From the NCBI GenBank assembly GCA_025928545.1, contig JAICJH010000025.1:482-64481 (forward strand): 64,000 nucleotides of DNA, written 5' to 3'. This document shows positions 9,123-16,904 of this stretch, piece after piece. The notes under the pieces are model-generated. The model saw only the letters and a program-made list of their open reading frames with translations, searched no databases and was not told where the DNA came from. Made by a program: the position numbers and the translations under genes. The stretch comes from Bryobacteraceae bacterium. GTDB lineage: Bacteria; Acidobacteriota; Terriglobia; Bryobacterales; Bryobacteraceae. Position 1 is the stretch's first letter, and each line of letters opens with the position of its first letter.

Positions 9123-10748
9123 TTGATCAGTATTAGAGCTATCGGCGCGACCGCGCTTCTTCTGTGTGTTCAGGCATCTGCCTTTGCACAGACTTCCGTT
9201 ACTACTTATCATAACGATCTGGCGCGTACCGGAGTCAATAGTCAGGAGACCGTCCTCAATACGTCGAATGTTCACTCCGGTTCTTTCGGCAAAGTGTATT
9301 CCTGGCCGGTGGATGGCCAAGTGTTCGCCCAACCGCTCTATCTGCCATCGGTGACCATCCCGGGTCAGGGCGTTCATAACGTTGTCTACATCGTGACGAT
9401 GAACAACACCGTCTATGCTTTCGATGCCGATTCCAGTTCGTCAACTCCGCTTTGGAGTGCCAGCATGGGCGCTTCGGTTCCCTGTTTATATTTTGAACCG
9501 GCTGTCGGCTACTGCAACTACGGCATCATCGGCCCGATTGGAATCTATTCCACGCCCGTGATCGACACAACCCGCGGCGCCATATACGTCGTTTCCGAGA
9601 CCTATTCGCCTTTGCAGACCGGGGTCACGACTTTTAAGCTTCATGCTCTCGACTACACTACCGGCAAAGAAAAGGCGGGCAGCCCCGTCGCGATTACCGG
9701 GCAGGTGCCAGGTAACGGCGTCGGCAGTGTCGGCGGAGTTCTCACTTTCTCTCCGTTCCTGCACTGGCAACACACCGGGTTGGCCCTCGTGAACGGCAAC
9801 ATTTACTTCGGCTTTTCCTCGCGTGGCGATTCCGGCCAATTCCACGGCTGGCTCTTCGGCTATGACAGCCTTACCCTTCGCCGGACCGTGATTAAGTGTG
9901 TTTCCCCCAACGGGTACGGGAATGGAATCTGGCAGGGTGGCGCGGCGTTTTCGGCTGACGCCAGCGGAAACGTTTACGTCCAGACTGGAAATGGCGGTTT
10001 CAACGCCTCCACTACAGGTGGCACGGAGTACGGCGAAGCAGTCCTCAAGATGAACGCTCTTTCCGGTATGGCCATCACGAGTTACTTCGTACCCTCCGAT
10101 CAGGGGCTGCTCGACCATCTCGACTACGATGTCGCGGCAGGCGGCACTATTGTCCTGCCCGGTTCGGTTACACTCACGGCCCCCATGATTGTGGCCGGTG
10201 GCAAGGATGGACGTGTTTTCCTGCTGAACTCCGCGAACCTGGGTGGCTACAACATCAATGACTCCGTGGTGCAGGAGTTCTTCGCTCTCACCGATTCGAA
10301 CCCCGAACAGGGCAGCGCCCACTACGGCGGAAACGTGTTCTATAACAACAATCTTTACTTCTGGGGCTCGGGCGATGTCCTTAAGCAATTTGCCTTCAGC
10401 GGCTCCTCTTTCTCGCTCGCGCACACCGGCGCGCTTCAGACTACAGCTTATGAGCAGAGCGCCCCTTCCATGTCGCTTTCCTCCAACGGTCTCACTGCCG
10501 GCTCCGCGATTCTGTGGACCGCCCTTACGCAAAACTACAGCGATGGCCAGACGTACTGGCCGGGCGAACTGATTGCCTATGATGCCTCCAATGTCGGTAA
10601 CCAGCTTTGGAACTCGGGAACCTCCACTTCAGGCGCCGACTACGCGGGCGCGTGGTCCAAGTTCACTCCCCCGACAATCGCGAATGGCAAGGTTTACCTT
10701 GCGACCCTGAATGGCGTCATCAATGTTTATGGACTTCGTGCTCAATGA
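9123..10748 (+). CDS. Secreted PQQ-like beta-propeller repeat protein
   Basis: TTG start preceded by GGAGGA (9113-9118). Signal peptide ALLLCVQASAFAQ. The N-terminal motif TYHNDLARTGVN...VDGQVFAQPLY is typical of PQQ-like propeller proteins of Acidobacteria/Planctomycetes. Confidence 0.8.
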   Translation: MISIRAIGATALLLCVQASAFAQTSVTTYHNDLARTGVNSQETVLNTSNVHSGSFGKVYSWPVDGQVFAQPLYLPSVTIPGQGVHNVVYIVTMNNTVYAFDADSSSSTPLWSASMGASVPCLYFEPAVGYCNYGIIGPIGIYSTPVIDTTRGAIYVVSETYSPLQTGVTTFKLHALDYTTGKEKAGSPVAITGQVPGNGVGSVGGVLTFSPFLHWQHTGLALVNGNIYFGFSSRGDSGQFHGWLFGYDSLTLRRTVIKCVSPNGYGNGIWQGGAAFSADASGNVYVQTGNGGFNASTTGGTEYGEAVLKMNALSGMAITSYFVPSDQGLLDHLDYDVAAGGTIVLPGSVTLTAPMIVAGGKDGRVFLLNSANLGGYNINDSVVQEFFALTDSNPEQGSAHYGGNVFYNNNLYFWGSGDVLKQFAFSGSSFSLAHTGALQTTAYEQSAPSMSLSSNGLTAGSAILWTALTQNYSDGQTYWPGELIAYDASNVGNQLWNSGTSTSGADYAGAWSKFTPPTIANGKVYLATLNGVINVYGLRAQ

Positions 10749-10774
10749 TCACGAAGCCAACCGGAGGATATAAC

Positions 10775-11470
10775 GTGAAGCAAAACAGGAAAAAGAGCCT
10801 TGAGGCCAGACTCGCCGCTTACGGTTCCATGTCGCTCGCTCTCGCCGCCATTGGCATGCCCGCCACGGCGAGCGCAAGCCTGATCACCACGAATGACATC
10901 ACGACGACGCTGAGCACGCCGGTCTACTTCGACCTCTACAACGGCACCTTCGCCTTGGGAGGAACTGGTGGACTGGATGACTTTGAGCTGGTCACTCGCC
11001 AGGCGAGCTCCGCGATCCATGCCTATCTGTTCGCCAAAGGCACGCAATTCAATGCCAGTTCGCTGAATGGAAATAAATTCGCTGTCACAGGATCGTCGTC
11101 GTTCGGTTCCGTTGCCAAACTCGCGCCCGGCGTTTCGGTAGTCGGACCGACTCTGAATTTTGCGACGCAGTTCGGTACTCTCGCCAGCAATCTCCAATCG
11201 CCGGCGACACCTTTCGGGCAATGGAACGGTCTGCCTGCCAGTGGAGACGTCGGGCTATCGATCGTCCGCAGCGGTAACACCTACTATGGGTGGGCAAACA
11301 TTGTGGTCAATTCCGACTACACCGTCACTCTCAAGGCGTTTGGCTTCAATGAGACGCCGGATGCATCGCAGTTGGCGGGAGACGCCACTCCGGAGCCGTC
11401 ATCGATCGTGTTGCTCGCTCTCGGTGCGGCGGGCATCGCTGCCTATCGCCGCAAGAAGGTTGCTTCGTAG
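10775..11470 (+). CDS. PEP-CTERM sorting-domain protein (exosortase substrate)
   Basis: The C-terminus TPEPSSIVLLALGAAGIAAYRRKKVAS has the PEP motif, a TM and a basic tail. Signal peptide LALAAIGMPATASA. GTG 10775 sits 6 nt after GGAGGA (10763-10768). An alternative in-frame ATG at 10745 overlaps the upstream stop codon. Confidence 0.85.
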   Translation: MKQNRKKSLEARLAAYGSMSLALAAIGMPATASASLITTNDITTTLSTPVYFDLYNGTFALGGTGGLDDFELVTRQASSAIHAYLFAKGTQFNASSLNGNKFAVTGSSSFGSVAKLAPGVSVVGPTLNFATQFGTLASNLQSPATPFGQWNGLPASGDVGLSIVRSGNTYYGWANIVVNSDYTVTLKAFGFNETPDASQLAGDATPEPSSIVLLALGAAGIAAYRRKKVAS

Positions 11471-11489
11471 CTTAGGACCCCCGCTTACC

Positions 11490-11885
11490 GAACCGGGCAC
11501 GTAAGCAACCCGTTCCCAGCCAGGTATCGCGAATATCGCCCGCTTGAGCGCCGCACTATGCCGAGCCGCGCGTGAGCCCGCGGCTCCCGAATAGGTATCG
11601 CGAATACTGCGCCTGTCGTCCACTTGACCACCGCACATGCCGATGCCGAGCCGAGCGTGTGAGCACGCGGTCCCGATTAGGGTCGCGAATGTCGCACGCC
11701 TATCGTCCACTTGACCACCGAAGTTGATAATCGGAACTAAAAACACTATGAACGTGCCGAGCCGCGCGCGTAAGCACGCCGCCACGTCCCTTCGGAACAT
11801 CGGAGCCACTGCCCGTGCGTTCAAGTGCTTTCCACGGAGCGGCTTCCAATTAGGTATCGGGCCTGTCGTCCGCCTGACCGACGCT
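11490..11885. repeat. Tandem degenerate ~85-nt hairpin-containing intergenic repeat (3 clear copies plus one divergent)
   Basis: TGCCGAGCCG occurs at 11559, 11644 and 11755. AGGTATCGCGAATA occurs at 11522 and 11593 (variants at 11679 and 11852). CCTGTCGTCCACTTGACCACCG occurs at 11612, 11699 and 11862 (variants). Each unit begins with a GC hairpin (for example GAGCCGCG-CGTGAGCC-CGCGGCTC). It lies between convergent gene ends. Confidence 0.8.
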
Positions 11886-12543
11886 ACTTCTTCGCGGTTG
11901 ACGCCTCGCCCTTACTTTTCAGCGCCCAGGTGAGATTGTTCTGTGCAAGTTGATAGTCGGGCTGAATCTCAAGCGCCTTGAGCGCATTCTGAATCGCTTT
12001 GTCCCACATTCCCAGCTTTGTATAGCTGACGGAAATGTTGTTGTACGCCGCCGCCATTTTCGGGTCCAGTTTCAGGGCCTGCTCAGCTGCGACGATTGCC
12101 TGTTGGTAATTTGCGGCCTGGTATTGATCCAATGACTGCTGCAGATAAAAATCCGCAGTGCCGGGTTTGAGCGGTGCGGGCGGCGGCGCGTCCGCCTTCT
12201 GTTTCTCACGGAGAATCCAGGCCAGATTGTTCTTCGCCAGTTCGTAATCCGGCTGAACGCGGATCGCCTCCCGGGCGTTGCGAATGGCTTCGTCGTAATT
12301 CTTCAATTGAAGATTTGCGACTGCAAGATTGTTGTACGCCGGGGCATAGTCGGCCTTCAGCTTCAGCGATTCCTGAGCCGCTGCGATCGACTCCTGATAC
12401 TGCCCGCCTTGATACAGTTGCAATGATCGGCTCAGTTGCACATCGGCGGGGCTGGGTTCCGCGGACGAACCATGGCCGACCTGACGAATGACTGCATACC
12501 CGAGGGCAGCCACCACTACTAAAGCCAAAATCCACTTCCACAT
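11884..12543 (-). CDS. Membrane-anchored TPR repeat protein (paralog of 1872..2621)
   Basis: Preferred start is ATG 12543 (MWKWILALVVVAALGY), preceded by GGAGGG. The ORF-track start 12681 adds an implausible 46 aa. Same two-cassette TPR layout, including the NNLAWILREK linker. Confidence 0.85.
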   Translation of the reverse strand: MWKWILALVVVAALGYAVIRQVGHGSSAEPSPADVQLSRSLQLYQGGQYQESIAAAQESLKLKADYAPAYNNLAVANLQLKNYDEAIRNAREAIRVQPDYELAKNNLAWILREKQKADAPPPAPLKPGTADFYLQQSLDQYQAANYQQAIVAAEQALKLDPKMAAAYNNISVSYTKLGMWDKAIQNALKALEIQPDYQLAQNNLTWALKSKGEASTAKK

Positions 12544-12655
12544 CCGCCCTCCGGTTTTTTCGGGTTCACCGAATGTGGGAAGCTTTACATCGGGATGTTG
12601 CGTTGAATCAGATATCACAAAAATCCTCCGGTATAATGACAATCGGAGTTCGATT

Positions 12656-12842
12656 CCGGGCTTTCGAAAGCCCGGCCGCATGATTCACCTCGAAAAGGGG
12701 CTTCGAAACACGCGGTACTCCGTATTAGATAATACCACATTTCAGGACCCGTTTTGCCTCGGCAAAACTACTGAGTTTTGAGTGTCCGGACCTGAAAAAC
12801 CGGAGGCCCAGGCCTCGCCGCGCTGACCTCCGTTTTGTTATT
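12656..12842 (+). other. Highly structured intergenic segment (three strong hairpins, the last terminator-like); possible small RNA or 5' leader
   Basis: Perfect 20-nt palindrome CCGGGCTTTCGAAAGCCCGG (12656-12675). GTTTTGCC-TC-GGCAAAAC (12751-12768). CGGAGG...CCTCCG (12801-12832) followed by TTTTGTTATT. A TATAAT sits at 12632-12637. Confidence 0.3.
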
Positions 12843-12921
12843 CGGGGTATACTGACCGAACGAGCCTGGATGCTTTGCCCGGGGAGTCGGAGAACACCGC
12901 AGTGAACCGGAAAGACGCAGC

Positions 12922-13581
12922 ATGAATAGCAGCACGATACGACAGTCCAGAGAGTTGATGGCCCGCCTTACGGATCAGGACCAGGAAAGAAACATTTACG
13001 TCCATCCGAATCCGCTGGCTCGCGATATTTTTTGGCAAAGGCTGGAGATTCTTTCTGCCGGACTCCGCAAGACCACAACGGGTAACGAAAAGATTATCGA
13101 CTTCGGGGGCGGTAGCGGAGCTTATCTAAAGGGTCTGTGCGCTCAGTTTTCTCAGGTCGATGTCATCGACCTTGACCCCGACGACGCAATCTCTCTCGCG
13201 AAACATCACAACCTTCCGAATTGCCGGATCCATAAGGGCGACATCACGGTGTGGACTCCGGAGAGTCCTGTCGATCTCGTTGTGGCGACCGATGTCCTCG
13301 AACACTTCAGGGATCTCGATGTACCGATCGGGATCATCCGGTCATGGCTGAAACCCAATGGACTTCTGGCGATTTCCGTCCCAACGGAGAACTGGATCTA
13401 CCTTCTCGGTCGAGCGCTTGTCAGAAAGACGAAACCAGCGGACCACTATCACGCGGGCGAGGATATACTCCGCAAACTGCTTCAGCAAGGCTTCAGTGTG
13501 GAATGGAAAGCACACGCGCCCCAATATGCCGGGTTGCCGATTTCGCTCTTTCGGCTGGCCGTTCTCCGAAAAGTAAAGTAA
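12922..13581 (+). CDS. Class I SAM-dependent methyltransferase
   Basis: Motif I IIDFGGGSGAYLKG and post-I VDVIDLD, plus VVATDVLEHF (Methyltransf_11/23-like). Confidence 0.85.
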   Translation: MNSSTIRQSRELMARLTDQDQERNIYVHPNPLARDIFWQRLEILSAGLRKTTTGNEKIIDFGGGSGAYLKGLCAQFSQVDVIDLDPDDAISLAKHHNLPNCRIHKGDITVWTPESPVDLVVATDVLEHFRDLDVPIGIIRSWLKPNGLLAISVPTENWIYLLGRALVRKTKPADHYHAGEDILRKLLQQGFSVEWKAHAPQYAGLPISLFRLAVLRKVK

Positions 13582-13793
13582 GCCGGATTGAATCCAAACC
13601 ACTTACCGACCGCCAAAATAAACGCCGCGCGTTATAAATTCGTGTCGCTCACCACCTGCACCGAAATCGTTTAAGGTACAGTACTCAACGTGGTGTTTTG
13701 TGCCTCCCGATACGCTATACTAACTTGAACCGTACGGCCTGCGTTGTCGTTCCACGCGCCAACCTTGGTTCTCGCTGGTTTCATGAGGAAAAT

Positions 13794-14543
13794 TTGAAGG
13801 TCTCCATCATCATTCCGGTCTACAACGAGTTCCGCACCTTCCCTCAGGTCCTGGAAAGAGTGCGCAAGGCTACTCTCCCGCCCGGGTGCACGAAGGAAAT
13901 CGTGGTCGTTGACGATGGTTCTACAGATGGAACCACCGGCTTGCTTGCCTCCTACCGCGGCGATCCCATGGAACAACCCATCGTTGTTCACCACTCGGTT
14001 TTGAATTTCGGTAAAGGAACTGCCGTCCGCATCGGAATTGCAAAAGCGACCGGCGACGTCGTGCTCGTTCAGGATGGCGATCTGGAATATGACCCCGACG
14101 ACTACGCAGCTATCGTGCAGCCGTTCCTCGATGGGAAAGCGGATGTTGTTTATGGCTCGCGGTTTTTAGGTAAGCCGATGGGCATGATGAAACTGAACTG
14201 GCTGGCCAACAGAATTCTCACTATTTCGGCCAACATTCTTTACGGTGCGGATCTCACGGATGAGGCGACCGCATACAAGGCCTTTCGAACGGCAGTCGTT
14301 CGAGGGATCAAGCTCGAAAGCCGCGGCTTCGAGTTCTGTCCGGAAGTGACAGCCAAAGTTCGCCGCATGGGATATCGCATTCACGAAGTACCCGTCAGCT
14401 ACAACGCGCGTGGAATAGCCGATGGGAAAAAGATCCGGGCAAGCGACGGCTTTGAAGCCTTATGGACACTGATCCGTTATCGCTTCACCCCAATGCGGCG
14501 GATTCAGGTCCTCCAGCGCATGGCTGTGCCGCAGCACGCCTGA
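13794..14543 (+). CDS. GT2 glycosyltransferase, Dpm1/polyprenyl-phosphate-sugar synthase-like
   Basis: KVSIIIPVYNE ... VVVDDGSTDGT ... VQDGDLEYDP (DxD). Soluble, ~250 aa. TTG 13794 after GAGGA is preferred. The ORF-track start 13698 (TTG) adds 32 aa. Confidence 0.8.
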   Translation: MKVSIIIPVYNEFRTFPQVLERVRKATLPPGCTKEIVVVDDGSTDGTTGLLASYRGDPMEQPIVVHHSVLNFGKGTAVRIGIAKATGDVVLVQDGDLEYDPDDYAAIVQPFLDGKADVVYGSRFLGKPMGMMKLNWLANRILTISANILYGADLTDEATAYKAFRTAVVRGIKLESRGFEFCPEVTAKVRRMGYRIHEVPVSYNARGIADGKKIRASDGFEALWTLIRYRFTPMRRIQVLQRMAVPQHA

Positions 14544-14557
14544 ACCTTGCATTGCGT

Positions 14558-16573
14558 TCACTGTTTTTGATCGATCTTCACGTTTCCCGTTTTATGCGTT
14601 CTTGCCCACGCCAGATTGTTGCGCGCGCGCTCATTGCCTGGATCCAGGCTGACGGCCTTCTCACCGGCGGCGATTGCATTGTCCCAATCGGAGACTGCGT
14701 TGTACGCCGCCGTGATATTGTTCCAGGCTACCGCATAATCGGGCCTCAGTTTTAGGGCCTCCTGGGAAGCGGCGATGGATTCCCGATATTTCCCGGCCTG
14801 AAACAACGCCAGCGACTCATTCACAAACGCCTCCGGAGTTGCCGCACTCGGCGTTCGAGCCGGGGCACTCTCGGCGCCCTTCCTCAGCCACGAATCGGCC
14901 ACGGAATCCGAAGGGAAGCGAAGACGTGTTTCCGTTGCGAGTTCACGCAGGCTGGCCGAGTCTCCCTGATTGGCGTAAACCTGCATGAGCAAATCCCTCG
15001 CATCCACATCGTCGGGGTTTCCGGCGATGGCAAGCTTCAGGTAGGTAATCGCCTCCACCGTTCGTCCCGTCTGATTGAGCCAGCGCCCGTAATAGAATCT
15101 CCCGCGCGCATCGGACGGCACCAGTTCCAGCGCCCGCAGGAAGTGGCGCTCGGCCTCCGCACTCCGATTTAGCCCGCCGTTGGCGATTCCCAGATTAATC
15201 TCAAGCGGGTAGTAGGCCGGGTCGAACACGGCCGCTCGCTCGAAATAGTCCAGCGCGATCCGGTATCTCCCCAGAGCCATTTGGCTCAGGCCGTAATTCA
15301 TGAGGCCGCGGCCGTTGGCCGGGCTTTTGATCGTCACGTCGTGCCAAAGCGATTCCGGCGTGTGCCAGACTTCGTTTCGTGCGTGCGCCCCATAGGCCGC
15401 GCCCGCCAGCACCACGGCGCAGACTCCCGCCACCACCGCGCGCGGTGGCGAAAGTCGATAGATCCACAATGCCAGTGCCCAACATACGCCGCAGGCCAGA
15501 CCCACGAATGGAAAGAACAGACGGTGATCGTTTTCAATTTCCGCGAGGGCAATCCAGGAAGTTGGCAGATTGGCTGCGAGAAACCAGAACAGGCCGAAGG
15601 CGATTGGACGGAATTCCCGGCGTTTGCGGCACCAAACGATTGCCGCGGCTATCAATAGAATGAAAACGAAGCCCCCGGCTACCCTTGGGTCGGTGAACGT
15701 TGTGTACGGCTGCCGGTCGGTGTCCGCACTCAGGTCGAGCGGCAGAAAGAAGCGCCGAAAATAACTGAACAGCACAGCGGGCTGAGAAATGCGGTAGCTG
15801 AAGTTGGAGCCGCCGGTGTCGAGCGTGCTCGCATTCATCGTCAGTACAAAGAAAGCCACGGCGCCCGTGGCGATAAATGCGGGCACGCTTTGGAGGATCG
15901 CCTGCTTGAGGTTCTCTTCCTCGAACAGCCAGATCCACGCCAGCAGAAGTACCGGAAAAATCGCCGCCGGCTGCTTGGCAAAAATTCCAGCCACCACCGG
16001 CGCAAGATACAAACCATACTTCCGCTTCTCCGGGGCCCAGATGTAGATCAGCAGCCCGGCGACCACCGCGAGCGTCGAGTACAGATCGGCCCGCTGCATG
16101 ATGTAGTTGATCGTCTCCGCCATCGCGGGATGAAGTCCGTACAACGCCGTCGCGAATAGAGCTGTCCAGACGTTGCGCGGATCCGGCAGGGCTGCGTCGA
16201 AAATTTTTCGAAACAGCAGCAGCATCACCCCGAGTTGCACAAGGTACCAGAAAAAGGTCGTGACGTGGAAAGCGACCGGGTTCAGCCCCTTCCCCAGCCA
16301 GTAATCGATCGCAAAAGTTACGGAGAGGAGCGGCCGGTACATTTGGTTGCCGGCAATGGCGTCATTGGTGCGGGCGTCTTTAAAAAACAGCGGAATATTG
16401 CTCAGATCCCGAATATAGGCGTTCTGCTGAATTGCGTAGAAGTCGTCGAACTGAAAGGAATTGCGGAAGTGATTGGAATACGTCAGCGTTACGCAGGCGC
16501 ACAGGATCAGGAATGCCAGGACAATCTCTCGCCGCGACGGTCGTTTCGGTGATCTGGGCCCGGAGGGTTTCAT
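14558..16573 (-). CDS. TMTC-like GT-C glycosyltransferase with C-terminal TPR array (DUF1736-type)
   Basis: After TM1 comes NSFQFDDFYAIQQN (the acidic DD loop seen in TMTC/PMT-type enzymes). About 11 TM helices are followed by ~300 aa of TPR. The last cassette matches the free-standing TPR paralogs. ATG 16573 is preferred (alternative 16621). The ORF-track N-terminal 114 aa are Arg-rich and run into argS. Confidence 0.8.
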   Translation of the reverse strand: MKPSGPRSPKRPSRREIVLAFLILCACVTLTYSNHFRNSFQFDDFYAIQQNAYIRDLSNIPLFFKDARTNDAIAGNQMYRPLLSVTFAIDYWLGKGLNPVAFHVTTFFWYLVQLGVMLLLFRKIFDAALPDPRNVWTALFATALYGLHPAMAETINYIMQRADLYSTLAVVAGLLIYIWAPEKRKYGLYLAPVVAGIFAKQPAAIFPVLLLAWIWLFEEENLKQAILQSVPAFIATGAVAFFVLTMNASTLDTGGSNFSYRISQPAVLFSYFRRFFLPLDLSADTDRQPYTTFTDPRVAGGFVFILLIAAAIVWCRKRREFRPIAFGLFWFLAANLPTSWIALAEIENDHRLFFPFVGLACGVCWALALWIYRLSPPRAVVAGVCAVVLAGAAYGAHARNEVWHTPESLWHDVTIKSPANGRGLMNYGLSQMALGRYRIALDYFERAAVFDPAYYPLEINLGIANGGLNRSAEAERHFLRALELVPSDARGRFYYGRWLNQTGRTVEAITYLKLAIAGNPDDVDARDLLMQVYANQGDSASLRELATETRLRFPSDSVADSWLRKGAESAPARTPSAATPEAFVNESLALFQAGKYRESIAASQEALKLRPDYAVAWNNITAAYNAVSDWDNAIAAGEKAVSLDPGNERARNNLAWARTHKTGNVKIDQKQ

Positions 16574-16904
16574 GCGGGGGGTGCGAAAACCAGTATTGCC
16601 TATTTTCAGCTTTATTCCCATTAGAATCAACACAAGTGTCTTTGAGCCATAAAACCGGCGTGCATACTGTAGGCATATGAAGAGAGTATTTCGCCATTTC
16701 GCCGGATCCCTCCCCCGCGGCCGAAAAAAATGCCGGTGCCGAGCGAACCCGCCAGGTACAACAAAACAAAGACTCGGCCTGTTTGGGAAAGCCATTTTTG
16801 GCCTCCCAGGACCCATTTTCAGGCCCGCCGAAACCGACGCACCCCAAAGCGGCCGCACCGCTCCGCCCTTCGGCACCCTGCCGCTGCTGGAGAGCTGACC
16901 CGCC

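Noticed and set aside
9486-10532. 348-aa ORF on the minus strand
   Set aside because: It is antisense to the signal-peptide-bearing beta-propeller gene and has no domain features. Shadow ORF.
11399-11824. 141-aa ORF across the repeat region, with a duplicated GGQVDDRR
   Set aside because: The internal peptide repeat simply mirrors the tandem DNA repeat. The ORF overlaps the end of the PEP-CTERM gene, and there is no SD or family resemblance.
11490-11885. Considered a CRISPR array
   Set aside because: The repeat units are ~85 nt, degenerate and contiguous, with no unique spacers of regular length. No cas genes are in the window.
12645-12675. tRNA-like T-loop (GGAGTTCGATTCCGGG)
   Set aside because: The T-stem does not pair with G53:C61 geometry. 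No matching acceptor 5' strand (CGAAAGC) lies upstream, and there are no D or anticodon arms. The sequence is part of a palindromic hairpin instead.
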